Below, piece by piece: positions 1-10,747 of a stretch of DNA of 26,414 nt; positions within the stretch are counted from its first letter, which is position 1, and each line of letters opens with the position of its first letter. Origin of the DNA: Ginkgo biloba (lineage: Eukaryota > Plantae > Ginkgophyta); NCBI GenBank assembly GCA_024626585.2, contig JANKJI020000002.1, positions 219,020,757-219,047,170 of the forward strand. Reading direction: 5' to 3'. The translations under genes and the position numbers were made by a program. The notes below the pieces were generated by a model that was not told the origin of the DNA, ran no database searches, and saw only the letters and a list, made by a program, of their open reading frames with translations.

Positions 1-1362
1 GGGGGACTCTCCTTAGTTTACTGCCAAGAGACTTAACAAGAAAGGGATTAGAAGTGTTAAACATCTCTATGAATTTTAAGCAAGTGGAAATACTAGAATA
101 ATATCTAGGGAGAGTTTAATTTAGCAAGAAATGATAAATATGTTATAGAAAATGTTCTTACCTTGCTAACCGATCACTCTGAGCTAAGGATGCTCCCTCA
201 TTCACCTCCATAATGGTGGAAAGACTGAGCATGGAAATTTTCTAAATATCTCTTGAAAGGAGAAGCTAGACACATCTAGCAATGCATGGAACCTAAGGAA
301 CCTCTTGTTGAAAGGTTGAATAGAAAATAAAAGGTCAATNNNNNNNNNNAGATGGTATAAGTTCTTTGAGAGGCTTTGTAAAGCCTTGCTAGAGCCTAAG
401 AAGTTCATGTTGGGATATTCCATTCTTCATCATGGTTTGGCCATGAAAGAGTGGCTTGTTGGAATGAGTTTGGAAAATACCAATTGCCCCTTCTATGACC
501 AACCTAAGATAATTAAGAACCTTTTTTGGTTTTGTCCCTTGGCCAAACCACTATGATATTAGGTATGGTAATTTATTGCTAAGATGGATGTCAAAGAGTT
601 TAGTTGGGGGTCATCCCTGTTGGGCGACATGGCTCCTTAGTCTATCACCTTTAAAGTAGGATAGCAATTTTTTTAGGTGAAGGTATTAGCCTAGATTTGA
701 AAATCATGAAATGATTTATCTTTTAATAAAAATCCAATTAATTACATTTTTAATGACATTGTTTCCCATATCCTTGCTAACTATTATATGAAAATAAAAG
801 TGCAAGAAGAAAAAGTCTAGCTAGAATCACCTCCTAGAGCTTATCGACCACTGGGGGTTTACCCCATATACCACTAGCTAGGTCCCCCTTGAGCCATCTT
901 CTCCTTAGTGCAGAGATCAAAGTAGAAGAAAGAACTAAGGCTCTTAGAGGCCTCATATTGCGCAGTCCATGACCCCTAATATGATCAATTCCCCTCATCC
1001 CCCTCATACTAGAGAAAAATATGGAGGGGGATGGGAATATATTCCCACTCTTTAGTTATCTATCTCTCCTTTCAATCCTCCTTAGAATGATGGATGGGGC
1101 GATGGTGATGGTTGGGGGGGTAGAGGTGGTGCAACTCTGGTGTAATGATTCATGGTTATGATTCTAGATTTTATTTCCTTATGATGATGAGGACTTTATG
1201 AGAAGTTATGTGTCACGGTGCATCGGATCCATTTTGATGTAACCTACCAAGAATGAGTGGGCATGCCTTTTATTTTTGTCTCCCTTTTTTATTGTATGAT
1301 ATAATTTTTCAAACCATTTGAATAGAAGAAAATTAAATATTTGTAAAAATAAAAATAAAAAT
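1..1362 (+). mobile_element. L1-type LINE, 3' end (degenerate ORF2 C-terminal zf-RVT zinc finger, 3' UTR, decayed A-rich tail)
   Basis: Frame from 353 reads WYKFFERLCKALLEPKKFMLGYSILHHGLAMKEWL...NCPFYDQPKIIKNLFWFCPLAKPL*Y*VW, followed by LA*I*KS*NDLSFN. This matches the plant L1 zf-RVT pattern (W..LW..PK..W.I.H..L...C..C..ET..HLF..C...W) and the W.IW..RN..F motif, with Trp/Arg codons mutated to stops. (AAAAAT)3 lies at 1345-1362. Confidence 0.75.
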
Positions 1363-1929
1363 GAAGTTTGATATTTTGCATTGTCAAAGTCACATCAATC
1401 GAAGTGCACCATAACTTCTTCAATAATTAATCTAGAAGGAGCATAATGGTAGGTGGAGTTAGGTGAGCTATAGTTTTAAAAATGCAATAGCTTAGAGGAG
1501 AAGGGGGGAAGGATTTTGGATCTAAATGCAAGAGTTAGGAAGAGAAAAGAAGGCAGAGGGACAAGGAGGTTTGTAATAGTTGTAAAAGGAGCATAGCATA
1601 GGTGATAGGTTTTCCATAGGGGAGAACAAACTTGGAGGAACCATCTTGGATGACCATTTGGAAGTGGTATTGCAGGAAGAGATCAATACATAAATGAATG
1701 TAAAGGGAGAGTTGTTGAAGGATCGTCTAATGTTTATTTTCTTCAAGAAAATTACCCATGGAAAATAATTTTACTATCTTATCTTATTTCAATCCCATCT
1801 CTTCCTTCTTTCCCATCCTCCATCTCATTCCCACCATGTATTGTCTTGTTCTTATCTCATCTTCTATCCCATTCTTGTCTCTTAGTTTTGCTTCCATGGT
1901 GCCTTGTTTCTATCTTTCATCTTTATTTT

Positions 1930-3101
1930 TGTCTTTTGCCTCTTGAGTGAAGTTGTCACCAATGTACACTTCCTAGGGGTGGTTAAGAGTCCCTAAATTA
2001 AGGGTAATCATTCTCTGATCTCCCTAGTTTTCCTTCTTCTATTTGTTTGGTGAGAGGTCTACGTAAAAAAATCTTTCTAAGGTGACCATGCCTTTTGGTA
2101 TCCTATTGTCTTTCAACTTTATAATCCCCTCGACCTCCCTTTGGGTAGTCCCTTCTTTAAGGAGCACTTTGTTGGGGCCCTTCTTATTCTCATCGATGTT
2201 TTGTGCCTCAAATGCACACGAGCTAGTCATGAACTAGAGGATCTGCCTATCATAAAAAAAGACCTAAAAATTTTCTACATTGTCTACGACTACGGCGCAC
2301 AAGACTATTTCTATGGTGAACTTCCTCCATTCTATCTGGCTTACCGAGAGTTGGCTGACTGTAGAGGTTGTTAATACGTCGTCCACTTTGTTTTTCTCTC
2401 TNNNNNNNNNNNNNNNNNNNNNNNNNNNNNNNNNNNNNNNNNNNNNNNNNNNNNNNNNNNNTACCCTATATTTGTATTTCAGCAAGCTTGATAACTTGCA
2501 CTGGAACTTCCTCCTCACTTGGTTTACTACTAATTCTAAGTCCCCAAAAACCCAGACAATTTTGATGCCATAGTCTAGGGCAAGATGCAATCCTAGTACC
2601 AACGCCTCATACTCAACTATATTATTCGTGCATGGGAACTATAGGTGATATGCGGCTAGATGATACTCACCTCGTGCGTTAGCCAACTTCACTCTCGTGA
2701 CTACGCCATGTTTTGAATAGGATCCATTTACATGTATTACCCACAATACGCTGGTGTATATTCCAATATCGATCAAGGCGTAGTTGATGCGCTCATTCTT
2801 GGCATTATATTTTGTGACCAGGTGCATCATCCGAGGTTTTCTCTCTACTCTTATATGGTTTTCCACCCCTCTCCAAGGCAACCACATATGTGAGAAGTCG
2901 GTAGCCATGTACCTGTTTAATGACTTGGACCAATCCCTGATTAGGAGCATACCATATACATCTGGAATGTCCACGACGTGGATATCCATGAAGTGTTGAA
3001 CCCTGGGCTCTGATTCTAATTGCATATGGACATTCAACATTTCCCCTATCACCTTAACCTTAGATTTGTCTAGTTGAACGACCCTTTTGTCAGACTTAAT
3101 G
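1930..3101 (-). mobile_element. Ty3/gypsy Tat-lineage pol fragment: protease C-terminus, archaeal-type RNase H (aRH), pre-RT linker; truncated and pseudogenised
   Basis: Minus strand reads DIHVVDIPDVYGMLLIRDW...TDFSHMWLPW (protease end), then WVIHVNGS...FPCTNNSVEYEALVLGLHLALDYGIK.V.VFGDLELVVNQV...REKNKVDD (RNase HI), then LKDNRIPKGMVTLERFF and TLNLGTLNHP*EVYIG (segment normally just upstream of RT). Confidence 0.8.
2360..2743 (-). pseudogene. RNase HI-like (aRH) domain of Tat retrotransposon, degenerate
   Basis: NGS (D>N), TNN..EYEAL..GL, GD.ELVV.QV and N..(A)D motifs. One in-frame stop at 2639-2641 and an N gap inside. Confidence 0.8.
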
Positions 3102-4257
3102 NNNNNNNNNNNNNNNNNNNNNNNNNNNNNNNNNNNNNNNNNNNNNNNNNNNNNNNNNNNNNNNNNNNNNNNNNNNNNNNNNNNNNNNNNNNNNNNNNNN
3201 NGAGAACATACTACTCAAAGCAAAAAGCATTCTAAAAAGAACAAAAAAAAGATAAAATATGATGAATGGATAATGAAAAGAGGTGAAATGAGGCTCTTTA
3301 ATAGTTTAAACCTAGGTGCCTTAGTTCTAGAGTCATGTCACTTGGATAAGAAGAAAATTTTTGGTCTTTAAAATCCATTTAGATAATAAAACTTAGGTGC
3401 TTGGTTGTAATCCCTCTTTTAGGGTTCATTTCAATCTCTTTTAACATTTAGCTTTAATATTTTACTTCTCGAATCTAATTTTAAGCCTAGGTAGTGTCTT
3501 GGAATACAACATAATATTTAATAAATGTTATTAGAAATTAAGCATATATGAACAAACTCTAAATCCAAAATTCATAAATAGTCCGACATATTATGCCATA
3601 CATGAAGAATGATCTTTGTGGTATGGATCATGATATATCATACATCCTCACTCCCTCTCAAAAAATCATCATCTGACCAATAAATGGTTGTAGACATACA
3701 TACATATCCTACCTAGTACTTTTCTATAATAACAAGTTTCAATATTAAGCCATTCTAGGATTATTGTATAATGTAAGTACAATAGGAGTCCAACATCTAG
3801 ACATAAATATAGATTTAGAGATACTTGTTACATTTCTTAATAATAATGTAGTGTCATTAATCTACTTATTTAGGAAAAGCTTCAATAAGTTCAATTATGC
3901 ATCATATCTTTTACTATGGTCATATTCATACACATTCCATGTGTGTTAAACCATGTAAATGATATTATCATTTAGTACATGTAGAGATTTTATCCCTAAT
4001 CAAATCCCTATAATATCATTTTGCATATAAGGATAGTTCAACTACCATATTTGATGCATAAATTGGAATCCTTAACAACAAGCCTTAAGTTCCCACAAAT
4101 TCTAGTTCCTTAGCTCTAGCATCAAGTTCTATCTTAAACCTCAAACTTAGTGATGTTTAGATCTTATCCATAAATCGAGCCATTTTTTTAGTGTCCACAT
4201 AACACACCTCAAAGTAGACTTGATTTATTTCTTTTGGAATTTTTAGGAGATACAAGG

Positions 4258-4310
4258 ACACACACACACACACACATATATGTATGTATGTATGTAGGTT
4301 TATATGTATG
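4258..4310. repeat. Compound microsatellite (CA)n/(TA)n/(TATG)n
   Basis: Read directly; abuts an N gap. Confidence 0.9.
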
Positions 4311-4560
4311 NNNNNNNNNNNNNNNNNNNNNNNNNNNNNNNNNNNNNNNNNNNNNNNNNNNNNNNNNNNNNNNNNNNNNNNNNNNNNNNNNNNNNNNNNN
4401 NNNNNNNNNNGGAGACCTCCCAATCTCCTAAAGTGTATTTGAGCTTTCACCTTTATTTTGTAAATTTCCAAGTTATAGAGCTCAAATTGTAAAAGAATTT
4501 TGGGTTTGTGGGGTTCATGTGAGGCACAACTTCACTTGGGTAGGAGATACAACTCAATCC

Positions 4561-4624
4561 CTGATAGCCTAATAGACTGATATCTTGATAGACTAATGGC
4601 TTGATAGCTCGATGGCCTAATAGC
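4561..4624 (+). repeat. 8-bp degenerate tandem repeat, 8 units (consensus CTGATAGC)
   Basis: ctgatagc|ctaataga|ctgatatc|ttgataga|ctaatggc|ttgatagc|tcgatggc|ctaatagc. Confidence 0.85.
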
Positions 4625-5892
4625 CCAATTTTTCAAAAAGTCATTTTTTTTTACTGTGTGTTGGAGAAGTCAAAAAATTTGGCTAAGTGTTGAGAAGGCT
4701 CCTTACTATAATCTTAACTGATATAACTTAAATTTTTTAACTTAAAATTTAAAGGATTACCCCCATTTTAAGATGTTTGATGAGGGTCTTAGCAACATCT
4801 AGCAGCTAATAAAGAAGTTTGACTCCAGAAAATCTCATACTTCTATCCTTAACAGCAAATTTATTATTTTTTAGGCACTTATGACTTATATCATAACTTT
4901 TGGTCCACAACTCCATTTTGCGTCCTCTTAGGATCGTTTTAAATCTTGTTAGAAAGACTATAACTTTTCCCTTGTATACCTTTTACTTAATTATGCTCAA
5001 ATGTTTTTGAATTTTAGCCTTAAGTTGGCCTTTTATAAAAGGTATCAAAAATAGGGTCTTGGATCCGAATTGAAGCATAATTTTTTAACCATAACTCTAT
5101 TTTCTGTGCCATTAATTTTTCTATAAAGACCTTTCAAACTCTACAATTCCTTCTATGAGGCCCTTCAACTTCAAACTAATCATATTTCTCTAAATTTAGA
5201 CTGTAAGTTGGGACTTTATTAAAAATTGAACAAAATTTGACTTAGGATCTGAAAAATGGATCATTTAAGGATCCACCATTATTAATACCTTATTTTTACT
5301 TATTGTTCCTTATGTATTGAAGGTATCAGGTCATCCTAATCCATTCATGGTATCCAATGATNNNNNNNNNNNNNNNNNNNNNNNNNNNNNNNCATCTCTT
5401 GGGTTTACTTCAGTTTATTGTTCCTCCCCTTCTTTTGTATCATTTCCATTGTCTTCCTTGATATCTGATTCCTTTTGGTCTTCGACCATAAAGAGTTTTT
5501 TAGGATTTCATCTATTTCCTCTACACCATTTTTTTTTGCAACTGCAAAACTTTGATTCTTATCGGGTCGAGGTTGTCAGTCTATTTTCTTAAACCCAGTC
5601 CTCATTCCTAGGTTCCCTCTNNNNNNNNNNNNNNNNNNNNNNNNNNNNNNNNNNNNNNNNNNNNNNNNNNNNNNNNNNNNNNNNNNNNNNNNNNNNNNNN
5701 NNNNNNNNNNNNNNNNNNNNGATTCTTTCTTCGAACTCAATGGTGTGGTCGCCTGAGGCTTTCCACGAATTTTCCTTAGGGCTTGAATTTTGAAATTCAT
5801 AACTACAACTTTGATTAACCGAGGGTTTTAAAACCTTTACATATTCTTCTCCATGGAATTAATTCTTTAATCTCAAATTTTCTCCCGCCTTA

Positions 5893-5903
5893 CTCTAATA
5901 CCA
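5893..5903 (-). promoter_or_regulatory. tRNA-iMet primer binding site (TGGTATTAGAG, one mismatch to TGGTATCAGAG)
   Basis: Plus strand ctctaatacca lies 2 nt from the TG that opens the adjacent LTR. Confidence 0.7.
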
Positions 5904-5905
5904 CA

Positions 5906-6227
5906 TGAGAGTACAGGATCACGGGTAGATTTTGAGTTATCAACATAGAAGAACACAAAATATAAATAATTTCCCAAGTAGAATTGGTCTACCACAAGGT
6001 TTTATTCATTAATATGAATGATGCAGTATAATAAAATTGATCCAATAGAATATGATGATGGTACAATGGGTATGGGGTCCATAAATAGATTCCCAAAGAA
6101 TAACCATCTTATAACTTCCTTCGAAAGTTGTAATTAGTAACTAATTACAATAATAATTACATATGGCATTAATGTCATAATGAATAAACATAAAAGGTAT
6201 AATGAAATAACATTAATTATTCCAACA
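5906..6227 (-). mobile_element. 5' LTR (~322 bp) of a Ty1/copia-like element; its internal region runs toward lower coordinates
   Basis: Minus strand TGTTGGAATA...ACTCTCA (TG...CA), immediately followed by the PBS. The outer end coincides with the abrupt start of the copia integrase reading frame at 6229. Confidence 0.65.
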
Positions 6228-7277
6228 GAACCATACTGAGAGAGTAGTTCTTGGGTTCACTAAACTCAACATAGAAAAGGTTAAGTTGTGTGAAGGTTGT
6301 GCTTTGGGAAAGCATCCTTGTCTTCCTTTTCTAAAATCAGATAAGAGAGATTCTAGGGTGATTGAATTAGTACATAGTGACATATGCAGTGCCATGTCAA
6401 CTGAGTATTTTACTGGATCCTTGTACTTCCTAACTTTTATTGATGATTATAGTAGGAAGACATATATATATTTCTTAAAAAGAAAGAGTGAATGCCTTTC
6501 TAAGTTTGTTGAATAGAAAAATATAGTTGGAAATGAAATTGGATTGAAAGTTAAAGTTCTTAGAACTAATAATGGTGGTGAGTACAGGTCTAAGGAGTTT
6601 GATAACATTTGTAGAAGGTCAAGGATCAAGAGGGAGTATACAGTTCCCTATACTCCACAACAAAATAGAGTAGCAGAAAGAAAGAATAGGACCATAGTGC
6701 AAGCTTCTCATTGCATGTTGGAAGAGAAGAACATCTTATTGGGCAAAGGAATGCAACACATCCGTCTATGTGAAGAATAGATGGTTGCATGTCTTATTGA
6801 AAGGTAAAACTCTAGAATAATTGTACTCAGGTATTAAACCCTTAGTGGCTCATCTTAGGACTTTTGGTTGTAGAGAATTAGCCTATGTTCCTTCAAATAA
6901 AAAGAATAAATTAGATGTTACATCTTAATCTTGCATTTTCACTAGATACTCTAAAAATTATAAGTCCTACACATTGCTTGATCCCATTTCCAAGAAAATA
7001 ATTATCTGTAGAGACGTAATNNNNNNNNNNGAGTCTGCTATTATAGAAGTAAGAAAAATGATTATGTTCTAGTTTTTTATGATTGTGTTCCTTTGAAAGA
7101 TGATATTAATGATTAAGTACCTATCTAAGATTCTAAAGTTACAAGTAAGAAGAATCATCCCAAGTGGATGGGCATTATCTTCAGAGATACACATTAGCAT
7201 GCCACAGATGTGTAGGACATTCTCGAGTATAGTATTGAATCTAGTGGGTTAAGAAAGATTTCTAGAGTGAGGAAAAC
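6228..7277 (+). mobile_element. Ty1/copia pol fragment: GAG-pre-integrase end, integrase core (rve), SH3-like region; pseudogenised
   Basis: CEGCALGK...ELVHSDIC...YFLTFIDDYSRKTYIYFLKRKSE...KVLRTNNGGEY...TVPYTPQQNRVAERKNRTI...HLRTFGC...KLD...IIICRDV, with internal stops and frameshifts. Confidence 0.92.
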
Positions 7278-7377
7278 NNNNNNNNNNNNNNNNNNNNNNN
7301 NNNNNNNNNNNNNNNNNNNNNNNNNNNNNNNNNNNNNNNNNNNNNNNNNNNNNNNNNNNNNNNNNNNNNNNNNNNNN

Positions 7378-7733
7378 AACTAATGCCTCGGCTCATATTT
7401 TATACTCGATCGATTAATCCACCGTCTAACCTTGGTGGCCCACTTTCCTCACGTCGGTGCCCTCACGACACGTCCCTCATGGTCTGCCTACCAATTTTCT
7501 TTGGTCGTGGTTTTCTAACCGCTAACCCATCGTCATCGTTGGTCGTTCCATCCACTAAGCCACTTTGTGTGGTGCCTTGGTTGGTCCCTCCTAATTGTGC
7601 GGCCTGCGTGCACTCAATCTATCCATTTATTTGGGCCCCAGAGAACGCCTTGGATGCCAATTGGATGCTCTCACTGACTCGCTTGCCGATGGTCCCGCCT
7701 CCACGGGTCGGTAAGGGAGTTTGACCCCTGAGA
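7378..7733 (-). repeat. 3' LTR (partial; remainder lost in the N gap at 7278-7377)
   Basis: Homologous to 9979-10333. Begins on the minus strand with TCTCAGGGG (decayed TGTCA) right after the PPT. Confidence 0.8.
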
Positions 7734-7744
7734 TTCTCCCCCAC
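7734..7744 (-). promoter_or_regulatory. Polypurine tract GTGGGGGAGAA
   Basis: Sits exactly where homology between the two LTR copies ends, preceded by GGCGTCGAC, as I recall for Galadriel-type 3' ends. Confidence 0.8.
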
Positions 7745-8099
7745 TAAAAAAATGTCGACGCCCACGTCAGTCTGATATCTCCACTGACTTCCCTCGGTGC
7801 CTCCGCCTTTGGTCACAATCAAGCCATGTCTTTTATATAATTCTTCCAACCACACCGGTCGTTCATCACTTGTGGCACTGTCTGTCTCATCATGCCAAGT
7901 CTTCAAAGTCGGTTCGCAGTGGACTGTGACCTCCTTGCCACGTTCATCACTCACTGTCATGGACAACGATCCCTCGGTTGTCTTCTCCTTGTTTGGGTAG
8001 TGGATTGCTTGAATGGCCCCAACTCATTGTTGCCATTCTCACAACCTCTTTGTCCATTTGCACAGCCCCAACTATCTCCATGGCTCCTGTTCTCAGTAT

Positions 8100-9121
8100 C
8101 GTCTACTCATTTCCACTATGGATCTCTGCCTTAACTGTATTGATGTTAGCCCACTATGGGCAGTCCCTAGCATAGTGCGACCCTGTGCAAATGAAATATT
8201 TCACTCCCTTCTTCATTTCTGACATACTCAGTTGGTTCACCATCAAGGACGATGATGATCTAGCCTATCCAGATGTTTCACCATCCTTCATTCTTTCACC
8301 ACCTTCAGCCCGATAGTCCACTAGTTTGTCAGTTGTTGCCAATGCTTCATGGTAGGTCTGTACTTCCTTGCGCCTCAACTCACTTTGGGCCCAGCGTTGC
8401 AATCCATCCATGAAGAGAAATGACTTGTCATCTTCGTTCATGTTCTTGACTTCAATCATCAAGGTAGTGAACTTCTCCACATAATCTCTGACCATGCCAG
8501 TTTGTCTCAACATGCGCAAAGCCTTCTTTGTCAACCATACCTGGTTGCCTAAAAAAATTTGTTCTTTCAATGTTTCTTTAAGTTGTTCCCAATTCCTCAC
8601 CTCTTTGACAGGGTGTCCTGCTGATGCATCTTGTACTCTAGTCTGCCGCCATGTCTTGGTAATCCCTGTCAGGTACATGGTTGTTGTACTAATATTTTCT
8701 TCATCAGTGGCACCAATATAGTTCGCAAGGTATTGGTCCATATCCCATAGGAAATTTTCAAGTGACTTTGCATCTCTTGAACCTTCAAACACTTCCTATT
8801 CTTTAACCTTGAATCTCATGTTCTCTGTCCTTGTTGGCACTTCCTGCTGCACAAGTCATCTCAATTCGGCTACCTCCCTCTCGAGGGTATGTAGTCAGTC
8901 ACCTTGGTCTCAAGGGTACGGATCTTCTATTGTACATTGGGCGATATCTCAAGGATCTACACTACTGACAACTCCATGGATGCAATCTTGCTCACAAGCT
9001 CATCAATATCCTCTCTTGTCCAAGGATTTCCTCCCATTCCTCGCCAAGTGTTCACATTATTTCGTCTAGATTCCTAGTTTGAACCACTCCTGGCATGGCT
9101 TGAATTGGTCTCATCGGACAT
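8100..9121 (-). pseudogene. gag: Ty3/gypsy Gag (retrotransposon gag domain plus CCHC knuckle), degenerate; longest open stretch 8265-8792
   Basis: KVKE*EVFEGSRDAKSLENFLWDMDQYL...MYLTG..KTW...WEQLKETLKEQ...LRQTGMVRDYVEKFTTLM...FLFMDGLQRWAQSELRR. The in-frame continuation past the stop gives YFICTGSHYARDCP (8157-8198). Confidence 0.88.
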
Positions 9122-9214
9122 GGTGGATGGCTCTGCTGTCTTCACAAAATAGTGGGGTACCATGCTACAGTCTCAACACTGTCTTGGGTCGATCGTCTCT
9201 GTGTGTCAGTTCTT

Positions 9215-9225
9215 CTCTGATACCA
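9215..9225 (-). promoter_or_regulatory. tRNA-iMet primer binding site TGGTATCAGAG
   Basis: Perfect ctctgatacca on the plus strand, 2 nt from tatcacgg (decayed tgtcacgg LTR edge). Confidence 0.88.
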
Positions 9226-9227
9226 TC

Positions 9228-10333
9228 TATCACGGGGCCAAGGTTGAACACCAAAATTGACTAAGTGTGTAGAATCCACTGTCGTCAACCTAAGCTTGTG
9301 CGATACTGGCGGACTTGACNNNNNNNNNNNNNNNNNNNNNNNNNNNNNNNNNNNNNNNNNNNNNNNNNNNNNNNNNNNNNNNNNNNNNNNNNNNNNNNNN
9401 NNNNNNNNNNNNNNNNNNNNNNNNNNNNNNNNNNNNNNNNNCATTCATATGTTTGTTTATTCCAACACTTAGATTTTAAACCACATACACATTCAACATA
9501 AACATAAACTCATAACCATCAATACAAGTACACAATCATATATGGTGGGAATAAATCATTGCACTTATATATTTAAAACATGCCCGAGGCAAGTCCATTA
9601 CAATATGGCACACAACTAGAATACAAGAATATATCAAGTGTGGTGGTATGTACCTGGTAGCCAAGACCAAGGCCTTGCTTGACCTTGCCTACACGTTCGG
9701 TTGCCTACTCGCTGGTCTAGCCACTCTGCCTGCTCGTCGGCCTGAACCTACTCGTTCGGTTATTGCTCATAGTCCGCTGGTCCATTGTTGCATACACAGT
9801 TGCCTCTGCTTCGTTGTTGTTGCCTTCATCGTCTCACACAACGTCTGACACCATCTTCATACTTCGACACCCTTTGACCCTCACTAATCAAGTCTGCCTT
9901 TGTCTCTGCCTCACGCTTCGACTATCTCACATTTGAATCTTGCCTCTTGCTCAACTCGAATGCACCATCTAATTTGCCAATTGATGCCTCAACTCATCTT
10001 TTACACTCGATCGGTTTACCCACCGGCTAACCTTGGCGGCCCACTTTCCTCACGTCTGTGCCCTTGTGACACGTCCCTTATGGTTTGTCGGCCAATTTTC
10101 GTTGGCCGTGGTCTACTAACCACTAACCCATTGTCATCGTTGGTTGTTCCATCTGCTAACCCACTCCATGTGGTGCCTTGGATGATCCCTCCTAACTGTG
10201 GGGCCTGCGTGCACTCAGTCCATCCGTTTATTTGGGCCCCAGAGAATGCCTCGGATGCCAATTGAATGCTCTCACTACCCATCTGCCTATGGTCCCGCCT
10301 CCGCGGGCCGGTGAGGAAGTTTAACCCTTGTTA
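9228..10333 (-). repeat. 5' LTR (~1.1 kb, contains an N gap at 9320-9441)
   Basis: Bounded by the PBS on one side and by the end of homology with 7378-7733 on the other. Confidence 0.7.
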
Positions 10334-10532
10334 AGAACACCGCTTTTTAGCAGGGTTCTCGGGGGTGCACTGGGGTTCTTCTCGAGGTGCATCTCGGGTG
10401 CGTTGGGTGCACACCCCGATCATCCCCGAGGTGCGCCGCGACACACCTAGGCCAAACTCAATGAATCTACGAGCGCCCCGGGCCCCACACCTGCACACCC
10501 GACGTGGGGTGTGCCCCGGGTTCATGAACTTG
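10334..10532. mobile_element. GC-rich subterminal-repeat cluster, probable hAT/MITE terminus
   Basis: Many GGGTGC/GCACCC-like motifs in both orientations, ending ...gggttcatgaacttg. This is reminiscent of the ...gtaacttag hAT end at 17784. The partner end is not seen. Confidence 0.35.
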
Positions 10533-10747
10533 ATTACCTTGCTTATATCTATTTGTTTTGTTAGGTCACGCATTTGTAGTCTCGCCTGATGCTCATCCTA
10601 CATAAAATTGATGCCATTTCAAGACAAGCTTTTGCATCACCCATCTAATTGTCTTTGCATACATGTATCATTACATGTAACAATCAATATACATGCCTAT
10701 ACACATTGATTTGGTGGGATCACATATTTGAAGTCCCACACCTTAAT

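Larger units (their letters stand above)
7378..10333 (-). mobile_element. Galadriel-like chromovirus-derived non-autonomous LTR retrotransposon (LTR-PBS-gag-PPT-LTR, no pol)
   Basis: Direct repeats 7378-7733 and 9979-10333 (~84% identical by manual count), PBS at 9215-9225, PPT at 7734-7744, and gag with zinc knuckle between them. Confidence 0.8.

Noticed and set aside
5893-5903. Endogenous caulimovirid (tRNA-Met PBS)
   Set aside because: The PBS abuts a TG...CA LTR, and no movement protein, coat protein or viral RT motifs were seen.
9442-9467. TTATTCCAACA as the end of another copia LTR like the one at 6217-6227
   Set aside because: Only an 11-bp AT-rich match next to a gap, with no further homology visible.
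7383-10265. Paralogous plus-strand ORFs 7383-7724 and 9900-10265 as a duplicated gene
   Set aside because: They lie inside the two LTRs, have no recognisable domain, and the similarity is explained by LTR duplication.
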